From a virus (lineage: Duplodnaviria; Caudoviricetes), in IMG/VR virus record IMGVR_UViG_3300010397_000008, positions 1-63,956 of that record: a stretch of DNA of 63,956 bases; one strand, written 5' to 3'. Position numbers and translations under genes: made by a program. A model generated the notes under the pieces. It was not told the origin of the DNA and made no database searches. It saw only the letters and a program-made list of their open reading frames with translations. Numbering within the stretch: the first letter of the stretch is position 1; the number at the start of each line of letters is the position of its first letter. Below are positions 37,805 through 47,398 of this stretch, one piece after another.

Positions 37805-38554
37805 TCACACGTAGAATGAGGGGACTTTCCCCCTGTCGGTAGCGGCCCGGTCGATCCCAAGATGCCGCAGATACTCGCCCTCCATCAATTCGGCCGAGCC
37901 GAACCGCTGCGAGGCCATGTAGACGTAGTTCGCCGCCTTGAACTTGATCGCGTCCCGAAACGGTGCCGGGATCGCTTCGAGGTCGTTGTTGTTGTAGAGC
38001 GGCTTCGGCGTGCAGGAGCAATCCCACTCCATTTCGAGCGCCTGACCGGGCACCGGGAACAGGTACAAAATCTGATTGATCCCATCGCCTTGCAGCGCGG
38101 CCTTGAACGGATAGGTGAACACGCCGGCCGAGTAGATGCGGGCGAGCGCCTGCAACTCGGCGAAGTCCATCCATTCCATCACCGGGCGCGCGGCCGATCC
38201 CCACGAGACCGCGACGCTCATCAGATCGACGACGTTATCGTACCCCGCCCACTGCGCTTGAAGGTAGAGCCGGGCATAGCCGAAATGGTAGTGCTCGACC
38301 CCCGGCAGCGTGGCGAACGTCGTGACGGTCGTGTCGGGGATGCCCGGCGTAAACCCGCCCGGCACCATGAGGCCTGGCGTCGAGCCGCTGCCGAACGGGG
38401 CATTCCCGGCGACCAGCGCGCGCAGGCATGCCGTGAGCAGGCACACGTCGTTGCGGGCCATGTTGATGTAGGAGATCAGTTCGTCGCGGGGCGTCGAGAT
38501 ATTCGCCCTGTCCCGAATGAGGCGGCTGGTCTCCAAGATATATCGGTCGAGCAT
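37805..38554 (-). CDS. Head-to-tail adaptor protein
   Basis: L..YIN.AR...; LYLFPVP...Y.....D.E.IP.PF..AI motif; position after the capsid genes. Confidence 0.7.
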   Translation of the reverse strand: MLDRYILETSRLIRDRANISTPRDELISYINMARNDVCLLTACLRALVAGNAPFGSGSTPGLMVPGGFTPGIPDTTVTTFATLPGVEHYHFGYARLYLQAQWAGYDNVVDLMSVAVSWGSAARPVMEWMDFAELQALARIYSAGVFTYPFKAALQGDGINQILYLFPVPGQALEMEWDCSCTPKPLYNNNDLEAIPAPFRDAIKFKAANYVYMASQRFGSAELMEGEYLRHLGIDRAATDRGKVPSFYV

Positions 38555-39912
38555 CAGGCGGCCCTCACACGCTGCAACCGCAGCGCGCTTATTTCCCGGC
38601 TGTGCTCCGCGGTCTCGTAACTCAGCCGGGCCGCCAGAGCGCCGAGAAGGTCTTGCTGCTCCCGAGCGTGACGCATCAGGTAGCCTATCTGCGAAACGGT
38701 GTGCTTGTACATGAAGTAGATGGTCGGCTTCGGCATCGTGGTCGGCGTCTCGCTGACGCTCAACAGGCTGATCGGATCGTTCGGCGAGTCCGCGTAGCGA
38801 TCGGCCGGCAGCGCAGGCCGCACATGACCGCCGCGCGACATAATCACGTCGTCCAGCGCTTCCTCGACGGCATCGACGAACGCCGCATAGGTGTACCGGC
38901 CCGCCGCGATCAGATGTCGCCACGCGCGCTCGGCCATCTCCTGCAATTCCTGCGGCCGGTTGAGCCGGTCGAGCACCGCGGGCACGTTCGCGAAGTCCTT
39001 GCGCAGCGCAACATAGTGCGTCTCGGGTTCGAGGATGCCGCTATAGCGCCCCTCGAACAGCACCATCGGCGTGTGGCAGGCGGCGGCCTCGAATACCCGC
39101 GGGCTGATCTGCCCGATGTCCCATTCCGCCTCGCGCTCTGCGAGCCACGGCAGGAACTCGGCGTAGGACGGCCCGCCGCGCCTGCGGTATTCGTCCAAAA
39201 CCTCGCCGTCCCAATCGAACACGTTGGACCCGCTCTCGGTGCCCAGCACCGCGCGGCAACTGCCGAGGAAGTCGTACCAGGCGTCGCCATAGACCCGCTT
39301 GTCCTCGGTCCACTCGATGTCGTGCCGGATGCACAGCCGCTCGCACTCGACCTTCATGCGGCGGCCGATTTCGAACTTGTCAAACGCGAGGCGGCCGTAT
39401 CGGGGGCCGATGTCCCGCCCACGATAGCCGAGCAGGACGTTGCGGGCGGCAAGCGGCGTGAACCCGGTGCGCGCGGCAAGGCTCTCAGGGACATATCCGG
39501 TCAGGACCGGCACGAATCGGGTATTGGGGAACATCTCGGGCGGGTAGACCCGCGCCACCTGATCCTCGGGGATACAGGTCAGGACGATATCGTAGCCAAT
39601 CTCCGCCAGCCGTGACCGCAGGCGGTTCGTGTTATCGTACTCATCTTGGATTGCGATGACCTTGACGCCGCGGTAGGCGGCCATGGCTCGGCAGAAAGCG
39701 TCGCTGGCGCTGCCATCGACCGGGAGACGGGCGCAGTAGCTTTGCAGCACTGCGTCGAACTCTCCAAGATCGGTCGCCAGTTCCGCACCATGCGTCACAT
39801 GCAGGTAGCGCACGTCCCAGCGCGAGTGCCGCGCGAACGAGGCGAGGTACTCCGCCGTCGTCGGGACGTAGTTGCTGGAATTACTGTAACAGACAAGGAG
39901 CCTCCCACTCAT
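38554..39912 (-). CDS. Glycosyltransferase (GT-B)
   Basis: IQDEYD, GYRGR, LGTESG, ISPRVFEAAAC.T..VL.EG.YSGIL.P..HY motifs. Confidence 0.8.
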   Translation of the reverse strand: MSGRLLVCYSNSSNYVPTTAEYLASFARHSRWDVRYLHVTHGAELATDLGEFDAVLQSYCARLPVDGSASDAFCRAMAAYRGVKVIAIQDEYDNTNRLRSRLAEIGYDIVLTCIPEDQVARVYPPEMFPNTRFVPVLTGYVPESLAARTGFTPLAARNVLLGYRGRDIGPRYGRLAFDKFEIGRRMKVECERLCIRHDIEWTEDKRVYGDAWYDFLGSCRAVLGTESGSNVFDWDGEVLDEYRRRGGPSYAEFLPWLAEREAEWDIGQISPRVFEAAACHTPMVLFEGRYSGILEPETHYVALRKDFANVPAVLDRLNRPQELQEMAERAWRHLIAAGRYTYAAFVDAVEEALDDVIMSRGGHVRPALPADRYADSPNDPISLLSVSETPTTMPKPTIYFMYKHTVSQIGYLMRHAREQQDLLGALAARLSYETAEHSREISALRLQRVRAA

Positions 39913-40223
39913 GCGGACACCCAAAACCCATCCCGCAGCCACCCATGCCACCGACAATCAGTGGTGCGCTGGATGCTCGGCGAGAGCGTTGGGCTTTCCC
40001 GATTGCCGTCCCATTCCCATGACGGATGGCTTTGATCGTAGGCGTTTGCCCTGAACTGTACCGCGCCGTGCGCCCCGCACCCGCAAGGACAGATAAAATG
40101 CAGGCCACGCGGCGGCGCATCTTCGGGGTCGCTCAGGCCGGTGGTGAAATTGAAACTTCCCGCCACCCCCGGCGTGCAGGGCATTTCCGCTTTCAGGGGA
40201 GGACGGCCGGACATGCCGGCCAT
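39909..40223 (-). CDS. DUF6527-like Cys/His protein
   Basis: CPCGCG...W.WDG....PTLSPSI.....C.WHGW..DG. Confidence 0.75.
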   Translation of the reverse strand: MAGMSGRPPLKAEMPCTPGVAGSFNFTTGLSDPEDAPPRGLHFICPCGCGAHGAVQFRANAYDQSHPSWEWDGNRESPTLSPSIQRTTDCRWHGWLRDGFWVSA

Positions 40224-40238
40224 CCTAGCACCGAACGG

Positions 40239-41303
40239 TCAGACCGGGTAAAGCTGCGTGAAGTCCTGGTTCCCGCCCATCGCCAGCGTCGCGGTCGTCG
40301 CCGATGGGTAGAGGCCGCTGTTCTGGATAATCAGCGCGGTCGGCACGTTCTGGTAGATGCCGCCGTCGATGACAACTTCGCCGGTCGAGGTTGGCGCACC
40401 CGTCGCCGTGGTCGGCACGTAGATGACCGCCTGCCGCATGCGGACAAGGCGCAACTGCGTGTCGGGGTTGGTGTAGATCGGCGTCGCCGCCGTCAGCATC
40501 GGGACATACGACATCTCGAACGCCCCGGCGCCGACCGTGTAGCCGGTGCCGCCCGAGAACGTGATCCCGGTGATCGACCAACACATGATCGCGGTCGCCG
40601 CCGCGGCCGACCCGCCGCCGCCCGAGAAAGCCAGCGTCGGCACCGAAGTCAGTGGCGTGCCGTGGTCGGTCGCGAGAAGCCCGGTGATCGTCCCCGATCC
40701 GGTCAGCACGCACGTCCCCTGCGCGTTGCTTCCGGTCGAATCGCGCGCATCGTTGATGAAGCTGATGGTCGGCGCGAACGTGTAGCCCGCACCCTGGTTC
40801 GTGACCGTGACGCCGGTAACGACGCCGCCCGAGATCGTCGCGTAGCCGGTGGCTTGGATGCCCGGCGTCGGCGGGGCCGAGAACGCGACCTCCGGCGGGT
40901 AGACGTAATTGGTGCCGCCGTTCGTCACCGTTACGCTGGTGTTGACGGCACCGCCGACAATCGCCTGCCACACGCTCGACCCGGACGAAGGCGTGACGGT
41001 CGGGGCCGACGTATACCCGGTGCCGGCGTTGGTGATGACCGCGCCGACCGTGCCGCCGGTCTGGTTGCACAGCCGATGGTTCACCCCATCCGACTCGATG
41101 CGAACCGTGATCCCGCCGTCGCCGACGTTCCGCCAGATGCCCGTAACCGTGTCGAGCACCTGATAGTTGGTGTACAGCCCGAGCTTGCCGAGCCAAGAAC
41201 CGGCCGGGACCAACTTCGCCTCGCACGGCTGAAGCTGGTAGACGTTGGAGGGCTGGCCGCGCAGCGTCGGGCCGAGGCCGCTTCCGCCAAAAACAACAGG
41301 CAT
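40239..41303 (-). CDS. Capsid decoration / minor structural protein with G.GY..AP repeats
   Basis: Directly after the MCP; NAGTGYTSAPTV-type repeats. Confidence 0.65.
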   Translation of the reverse strand: MPVVFGGSGLGPTLRGQPSNVYQLQPCEAKLVPAGSWLGKLGLYTNYQVLDTVTGIWRNVGDGGITVRIESDGVNHRLCNQTGGTVGAVITNAGTGYTSAPTVTPSSGSSVWQAIVGGAVNTSVTVTNGGTNYVYPPEVAFSAPPTPGIQATGYATISGGVVTGVTVTNQGAGYTFAPTISFINDARDSTGSNAQGTCVLTGSGTITGLLATDHGTPLTSVPTLAFSGGGGSAAAATAIMCWSITGITFSGGTGYTVGAGAFEMSYVPMLTAATPIYTNPDTQLRLVRMRQAVIYVPTTATGAPTSTGEVVIDGGIYQNVPTALIIQNSGLYPSATTATLAMGGNQDFTQLYPV

Positions 41304-41315
41304 CGTATCCCTCCG

Positions 41316-42383
41316 TTACAGGACGGCCGGCGGGCCAGGCGTGTTCGCCCACGCCGCGCCAGTGAGGCCGGTTAGATGCGCGCCCGAACTGGGTTTGGCG
41401 CATACCAGGTTGAGCGCGCTGATGAGCACGCCGATTTCGGCGATCTGGCCCTGCGGGATCGCGCTCTCGAAGCCCGAGAACACCATCGGGGCCGTGTACT
41501 CGCTGACGAACAGGCTGAGGTAGCGGCTGTTGATCGCGTACATCTCGCCGCGCGGGCAGAACGGGTCGGGGAAGATCGGCGTGTCGAGCACCCGCAGCGC
41601 GCGGAAGCCGGCATTGACCGGATCGTCCTTGCCGTACATCGACCGGGGCCGAGACTGGTACATCTCGTAGCCCATGAAGTCGGCGAGCACCGCCGACCAG
41701 TCGGCCGGGTTCATCACCGCAAAATCGGGCGCGTCGCCGCCGGCCCCGGTCGCGATCCGGGTCAGCGCGATCGCCATCCCCGTCCGGTTGCTGATGCCGG
41801 CGCTGTTCGGCAGGTATTGGCCCTGCCACCACGCATTCCCGGCCCGCGTGATCCCGCCATACGCCGGCACGTTCGCGCCCGCGTCATAGGCTTGCACGAG
41901 GCTGTCGAGCGCGTTCGGCGTCGCGTAGTTGTTCGAGTAGAGCGATTGCGCGAACGCCTGCTTGATGACGACCGCAGCGTCGCTCGTCACCGCCCGCAGC
42001 TTCGGGATGATGACCTCGCTCGACTGGGCCAGCGCCTCGAACCCGAAGAAGCCGATCGGGATCATGCCGATCTTGAGGTTGAACGTCGCGTTCTGAAGCG
42101 CGGCCACGTCCTCCGGCATTGGGAAGTCGCCGGCGAAGCTGCCCCACGAGAACGATACGAACGAGGCGCCCTGCGTCGGGATGGATATTTGGCCGACGCC
42201 GCCTTTTGCGCGCTGCGAGTTGGCCCACAGCAGGGAGAGCAAAGGGTGACTTTGGTAAATCTGGACAAATACGCTGGGGATAACTGCGCGCCGCGTGATA
42301 GCTGACAGTTGAGCCCCGAGTTGACCGCCAGGAGTCAAACCTCCGACAGTAGCCGGGGCCTGAAACGTCGAAGGATACGCCAT
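41316..42383 (-). CDS. Major capsid protein
   Basis: 355 aa after the scaffold gene; YGGITR, PIFPDPFCP.G.MY.INS.YL motifs; strongly biased codons. Confidence 0.85.
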   Translation of the reverse strand: MAYPSTFQAPATVGGLTPGGQLGAQLSAITRRAVIPSVFVQIYQSHPLLSLLWANSQRAKGGVGQISIPTQGASFVSFSWGSFAGDFPMPEDVAALQNATFNLKIGMIPIGFFGFEALAQSSEVIIPKLRAVTSDAAVVIKQAFAQSLYSNNYATPNALDSLVQAYDAGANVPAYGGITRAGNAWWQGQYLPNSAGISNRTGMAIALTRIATGAGGDAPDFAVMNPADWSAVLADFMGYEMYQSRPRSMYGKDDPVNAGFRALRVLDTPIFPDPFCPRGEMYAINSRYLSLFVSEYTAPMVFSGFESAIPQGQIAEIGVLISALNLVCAKPSSGAHLTGLTGAAWANTPGPPAVL

Positions 42384-42416
42384 CTACTCGGCCTCCCGTT
42401 TACGGTGTCCGCGCGA

Positions 42417-43028
42417 TCACGCGGCGGCCTGGTCGAACTCAGCCATAATTTCGCTGATTTCTTGGTCCTGCCAGCGAATCGGATCTTCATGAAGACGCTT
42501 CATCGACGCGTCTTCCGACTTCCCGTCCATGCCGAGCACGTTCAGATCGGCGGGGCCGAAATTCGTCCCGTTGACGACCTTGGGCGGCTCGATCTCGGAG
42601 GCGACGAGCGCGGCGGCGGCGTGCGGGTCGGCGATGTTGCGCTCGACCATGATCTTCTTGACCTCGGCCATGCCTTCGTCGGTCAGGCGATAGCGGGACT
42701 GTGCCGAGGACAGGTTCTTGACCAGATCGCCGGTCGCCGCAGCATCGGCACGCGCCTGGCGGTCGGCCTCCAATTCCTCGCGGAGCTTCTTGTTCTCGGC
42801 GTCGAGGGCTTCCTGGCGCTCGCGCAGCGGCGTCAGCGCCGGTTCGAGCACGTCAAGTTCGGGGATACGCATGGTCGGGCGCACGTCTTTCATCGCCTTC
42901 TTGATGGCGAGGCCGTGCGTCGGATGGTCGAAAAGCTCGGCTTGGAGCTTCCATGCGTTTTGCAGGGTTGCCAGATCGGCCTTGGTGATCGTGACCAGAT
43001 CGGGATTGGGCTGCGGATCGTCGGGCAT
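42417..43028 (-). CDS. Capsid scaffolding protein
   Basis: Acidic coiled coil immediately upstream of the MCP. Confidence 0.65.
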   Translation of the reverse strand: MPDDPQPNPDLVTITKADLATLQNAWKLQAELFDHPTHGLAIKKAMKDVRPTMRIPELDVLEPALTPLRERQEALDAENKKLREELEADRQARADAAATGDLVKNLSSAQSRYRLTDEGMAEVKKIMVERNIADPHAAAALVASEIEPPKVVNGTNFGPADLNVLGMDGKSEDASMKRLHEDPIRWQDQEISEIMAEFDQAAA

Positions 43029-43031
43029 CGG

Positions 43032-43205
43032 TTACGATCCCTGCTTGCCGCTGTCGCCGACGTGACTGATCGAGGGCATCCCGTCCATCGTCTTCGGCAT
43101 GCCGGACGGGCGCGAGCCGATCTCGGCGTGTTCGAGGTTGACTCGCTTCATCATCGGGTCCGACGCTTTCGGGTCATGCTGGCCCGCCCGAGGGAACTTC
43201 GCCAT
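43032..43205 (-). CDS. 57-aa head-operon peptide
   Basis: SD aggag; MAKFPRAGQHDPKASDPMMKRV... (not in the ORF track). Confidence 0.55.
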   Translation of the reverse strand: MAKFPRAGQHDPKASDPMMKRVNLEHAEIGSRPSGMPKTMDGMPSISHVGDSGKQGS

Positions 43206-43217
43206 GTCGGTCTCCTG

Positions 43218-43709
43218 TTATGCGGCCATCGGCATCGGCGGCGCTTCGCCGCCCGGCGCAGCACCCGGCATCGCGGGCGGCTGGCCCTGCGGTGCCATCA
43301 TTTTCGACAGCGCGGCCATCGGCGAGGACTGCGACGCCTGCCGGGCGCTCTGCAAAAGGGACATCAGGTCGATACCCTTTTCGCCGCCGCCGCTGCCGCC
43401 TGAGAAGGTCTTGGTCAGCTTCGAGAGGGTGCCGAGAATTTCGGTGTGCGCCGGGGTTCCCATCGGGATCATCGGCAGCGCTTCTTCGAGCATCGTGATC
43501 GCGTTGCGGACCTTGCTCATCCCGGCCGCCGCGTTGCCGGCGTTCGGCTGCGGCGTGGTAACGGGTCCGACGTTGGGCCTGGCTGCGCCCATCGGGGGTG
43601 CGCCGGGCATCGGCGGTGCGCCACCGGGCGCGGCTCCGCCGGGGGGTGCGCCACCTGGGGGCGCGCCACCGGGCAATCGGGACAATAATGAGGCGATGTC
43701 TGCTGGCAT
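43218..43709 (-). CDS. Pro/Gly/Met-rich head-assembly protein
   Basis: GGAPP repeats around a helical core. Confidence 0.65.
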   Translation of the reverse strand: MPADIASLLSRLPGGAPPGGAPPGGAAPGGAPPMPGAPPMGAARPNVGPVTTPQPNAGNAAAGMSKVRNAITMLEEALPMIPMGTPAHTEILGTLSKLTKTFSGGSGGGEKGIDLMSLLQSARQASQSSPMAALSKMMAPQGQPPAMPGAAPGGEAPPMPMAA

Positions 43710-43778
43710 GTTCTTGGTGGTCGCGCGGCCGGGGCAAACCTCGGAGGAAGGCCCCGGCCTACGCTTAGACCATCGGGC

Positions 43779-43835
43779 CTACTTGCGCCGGCCCCTGCGG
43801 TGCTTGCGCATGCGCTTTCCGGTAACTTCGATCAT
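43779..43835 (-). CDS. 18-aa basic peptide MIEVTGKRMRKHRRGRRK
   Basis: SD GGAGG 5 nt upstream; first ORF of the head operon. Confidence 0.5.
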   Translation of the reverse strand: MIEVTGKRMRKHRRGRRK

Positions 43836-44004
43836 AGCGACCTCCAAGCTGCGTTTCGACCCGAGAACCAATTTCGCGGGTTTGCAACGCGCGAAGCATA
43901 CGGGAGACTGACGGTTGTTTCGCGCGGCTGTTATTGCCGCTTGGTTGTGCGCGGGCGCATTTTTCTTGCTCGCCCTCGGCGTTTCTGATAGCGCCCCTTT
44001 CTCA

Positions 44005-44209
44005 AATGCAGAACCGCGATACGCTGTTTCATCGGTGGCGCAGGCGAATGGGCCTGACGCAAATGGCCGCAGCGGATCGGCTTGGCTACAGCATTCGACG
44101 AATACGGGCATTCGACAACGGCGAGGAAACCCCACCGCTGCGCACGCTGGTCGCCATGCAGGCGATCCGACACAATCTCCCGCCCTATTCCCTTGAGGAC
44201 GCAGCATGA
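44005..44209 (+). CDS. XRE-family HTH regulator
   Basis: WRRRMGLTQMAAADRLGYSIRRI..FDNG. Confidence 0.75.
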
Positions 44210-44562
44210 TCTACGAGACCAGCGAGATCGCGCGCATGGCGCACGAGGTCAACCGGGCCTATTGCGAGGCTTTGGGCGATCACAGCCAGAAGCCGTGGGA
44301 AGACGCGCCCGATTGGCAGCGCGCATCCGCGCTGAAAGGCGTCGATTTCCATCTGGCGAACCCGAGCGCCACGCCGGCAGCCTCACACGAAAGCTGGCTT
44401 CAGGAAAAGGCCGCCGCCGGATGGAAGTGGGGGCCGGAGAAGGATGAGGCGGCAAAAACGCACCCATGCTTCATGCCGTACACCGATCTGCCAATCGACC
44501 AGCGCGCCAAGGACTTTCTGTTCCGGGGCGTAGTTCGCGCCATGTCGGGAGACGCAGCATGA
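44206..44562 (+). CDS. RyR-domain protein
   Basis: HESW...K...GW.WG..KD...KTHPC..PY..LP..Q..KD. Confidence 0.85.
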   Translation: MIYETSEIARMAHEVNRAYCEALGDHSQKPWEDAPDWQRASALKGVDFHLANPSATPAASHESWLQEKAAAGWKWGPEKDEAAKTHPCFMPYTDLPIDQRAKDFLFRGVVRAMSGDAA

Positions 44563-45035
44563 AGGTTTCCGAGCATCCCGCGCGCCTGCCGCCCGGCGTA
44601 CAGCCGCCGTTCGAGGATGCGGAGACGCGGCGCGGGCGCGGACAGGCCGAGCGACCGCCGCCACCGTTCCAAGCGGCCGTTCAGGACGACGACGACACTC
44701 ACGAAGATTTAGGCGATGGGCTAAAGTTAGCCTCGGGCCTAACAGACACTAATTTCCCCGCTCCGACCCGCGAGCCCATCGACACCGCGCCGCAGGACGG
44801 CCGCGACGTGCTGGTGTTCTGGGGCGACGACGACGCCGAGGGCCGCGTCGTGCGCTGGAAGCAGGGCCGCTATTTCACCGGACGCCGATGGATGCAGGGC
44901 GGGCGCTGGGCGCCGTCCGATGGCACCACGCCGCTCGTCGCCGACGCGCCGACGCATTGGCTGAAGCCGCCCGGCAGCGAGGATGCCGCCGCCGAGGGCG
45001 CTCCCGAGGCCGAAGACGAGTCGGCCGCCGCCTGA
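44559..45035 (+). CDS. DUF551-like protein
   Basis: PIDTAPQDGRDVLV...PTHW. Confidence 0.6.
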   Translation: MKVSEHPARLPPGVQPPFEDAETRRGRGQAERPPPPFQAAVQDDDDTHEDLGDGLKLASGLTDTNFPAPTREPIDTAPQDGRDVLVFWGDDDAEGRVVRWKQGRYFTGRRWMQGGRWAPSDGTTPLVADAPTHWLKPPGSEDAAAEGAPEAEDESAAA

Positions 45036-45556
45036 TGGCGCGCTTCAAGATCACCTGTCGGTGCTTGACGTGCGGAAACGTGTGGAAATTCACGACCAAA
45101 GACCCAGAGGCCCCCGACCCGCCGTGTCCGCGTCCCGTCCGGTTTGACGCCGCCGGGAAGGTGGTCGAGACGTGCGGCCACGAGAACCGGGTGCGCGGCA
45201 TGGACCTATCCTCGAACCGCGCGCCGGGGATCGGCGGCGAGAATATCCACAACAAGGCGATCGACGAGACCGCCGCGATGGTCATGCACGATTACGGGAT
45301 GACCGATCTGAGCAGCGACGTTCGCGAGGGCGAGACCGCCGCGCCGAAGCTGCCGCCGCGTCAGCAAGCGATGGCCGACAATTATTTTGGCGGGGCAGGC
45401 GGTCGCCGGCCGCGCATGGGCGTCAACCTTGCCGGCCACGCCGCCGCAGCGCTGAGCGGGCGGCTGTCCGACCCGGCTTCGACCAATCGTTCGATCGGCG
45501 CTGTCCACGCGAACCGCGTGCGACCGCCGGTGCACATCGTCAACCGGCAGGGATAG
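45035..45556 (+). CDS. Zn-ribbon protein preceding the portal
   Basis: C..CG...CP...CG motifs. Confidence 0.65.
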   Translation: MARFKITCRCLTCGNVWKFTTKDPEAPDPPCPRPVRFDAAGKVVETCGHENRVRGMDLSSNRAPGIGGENIHNKAIDETAAMVMHDYGMTDLSSDVREGETAAPKLPPRQQAMADNYFGGAGGRRPRMGVNLAGHAAAALSGRLSDPASTNRSIGAVHANRVRPPVHIVNRQG

Positions 45557-47398
45557 ATGCCCTTAAACATCCCGACATCGACGGACCGATTGGCAAATTG
45601 GGCATCAGAACTGGTGACGGCCTGCCAATCGTCGCTGCAAAAGCGCCGTCAGCGTGGCGCGTCCTTTCGCAACCTCTACCTGACCGGCAGCGAGGACGGC
45701 CAGCCGCAGACATACCGCAAGACCTATACCTACGTCCAAACGCTCGCCTCGATGCTCTATTCGCCGGTGGAACTGCGGTTCACCGTCGCGCCGCATGGTC
45801 CCGCCGGGCCGCGCGACCGGGCAATGGGACACGCCGCTGCGACGACGCTGCTCGAATACATGCGCGGCGGCAACGCCGATACGACCGTCGAGGATGCCGT
45901 CGAGTGGTCGCTCGTCAAGGGCAAGACGTTCATTCAGCTTGAATGGTCTCGTCGCGGGATCGAGGCCCACATGGTTCAGCCCGAGACGATGGGGGTGCTG
46001 CGCGACGACATCACCCGGCTCGACCGGCAGGATGCGTTCGTGCATTCGACGTGGTTGACCGAGGCGCGCTTCGCCGATCACGTCGCGGACCATCCGAACC
46101 GCGCCAAGATCATGCACGACATCGAGAACCTTGCCGGCACCGACGACGACCGGCCGGACACCGCCGACAACGCTCGGCAGGTAATGATCGGCGGGCAGCT
46201 TTATCCGTTCCGCGCGCAGAACACCCCCGGCTCCGGCCAGGGCCGCGGCATCGTCAACTGGCTGCAAGCCCCGATCCCCGAACTCGACTCGAAGACGATG
46301 GCGAGCCTCGTGCGCCTCGACGAGCTTTGGGTGTGGGATCGCACCCGCGACGATTGGACGACAATCCAGCTTGTCGGCAACGTCCTCATCGAGCCGACCG
46401 GGCAGTTCCGCAACGCCTTCGCGGCCGGCGCACACTACGACAAGAGCGGCAAGCGCATCGCTCGCGGCGAACCCGGCGACGATCGCAACCCGCTTTCGGG
46501 ACACCACCCGTTCATCGAAATCTGCGCCAACCCGCTTCCCGACTATTTCTGGGGCTGGTCGGAGATGCTGAACGTCGGCGCGATCCAGATGCAAATCAAC
46601 AAGCTGGTGGACGACATCAACTTTCTGCTGCGCCGCCAACTCGACCCGAGCCACATCTTCACCGGCACCAGCCAGACCGCGGCAAAGGTGCGGTCGGCCC
46701 TGCGGCGACCGGGCGGATACCTCGTCGATTCGAGCCCGCAGTTCAAGCATGAGGAAGTCGCCCCCAAACTGCCCGAGGGCGCGTGGCAAAGCCTCCACGA
46801 ACACGAGGCGATGTTCGACACGATGGCCGGGTTCCCGCCGGTCATGCAGGGCCAGGGAGATTCCGGGGTGCGGGCGCAAGGCCACGCCGAGACGCTGGTG
46901 CGAATGGCGAGCCCCCGGTTCAAAGATCGGGCGCTGGGGATCGAGCGCCAAGTCGAGGAAGTCGGCGGGCTCGCGCTCGACATGCTGCGCGCCCACTGCG
47001 CCGACATGCTTCCCTATTGGGTCAAGGAAAAGGACGTTGGCCCGTTCAAGGGCAAGGAACTGGACGCGCTGATCTACGAGGCCCCGGCGCCGGGCATGGT
47101 CCCGCTGCCGTTCCTCATGCACCAGGTCAGCGACCGTTTCCGCGTCGCGGTAGACAGCCACTCGGCATCGCCGGCGTTCAGCCACGACGCCCGCGAACTG
47201 GCAATCCTGCTCTTGAAGGCTGGCGCGCTCGGGCCGGAGGAACTGATCCGGCAGACTTCGCCGGCGAACGAGGAAGAACTGATCGCCGATCTGCAAACCC
47301 GCGAGGCGGCGAAGGCCGCCGCGATCGCCTCGCTACCGCCCGAACTGCGGGCGAAGGCGATGGGTGCCGGCGGTGGGCGTTCGCGCAGCCACCACTAG
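45557..47398 (+). CDS. Portal protein
   Basis: 613 aa; HPFI...NP..DYFWG.S...Q..IN; G.P....G.G.SGVR pattern typical of podovirus portals. Confidence 0.75.
   Translation: MPLNIPTSTDRLANWASELVTACQSSLQKRRQRGASFRNLYLTGSEDGQPQTYRKTYTYVQTLASMLYSPVELRFTVAPHGPAGPRDRAMGHAAATTLLEYMRGGNADTTVEDAVEWSLVKGKTFIQLEWSRRGIEAHMVQPETMGVLRDDITRLDRQDAFVHSTWLTEARFADHVADHPNRAKIMHDIENLAGTDDDRPDTADNARQVMIGGQLYPFRAQNTPGSGQGRGIVNWLQAPIPELDSKTMASLVRLDELWVWDRTRDDWTTIQLVGNVLIEPTGQFRNAFAAGAHYDKSGKRIARGEPGDDRNPLSGHHPFIEICANPLPDYFWGWSEMLNVGAIQMQINKLVDDINFLLRRQLDPSHIFTGTSQTAAKVRSALRRPGGYLVDSSPQFKHEEVAPKLPEGAWQSLHEHEAMFDTMAGFPPVMQGQGDSGVRAQGHAETLVRMASPRFKDRALGIERQVEEVGGLALDMLRAHCADMLPYWVKEKDVGPFKGKELDALIYEAPAPGMVPLPFLMHQVSDRFRVAVDSHSASPAFSHDARELAILLLKAGALGPEELIRQTSPANEEELIADLQTREAAKAAAIASLPPELRAKAMGAGGGRSRSHH

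Noticed and set aside
37834-37843. Additional CTACCGACAG box on the minus strand
   Set aside because: It lies inside the adaptor coding sequence (ATDRG) and lacks the first C; probably coincidental
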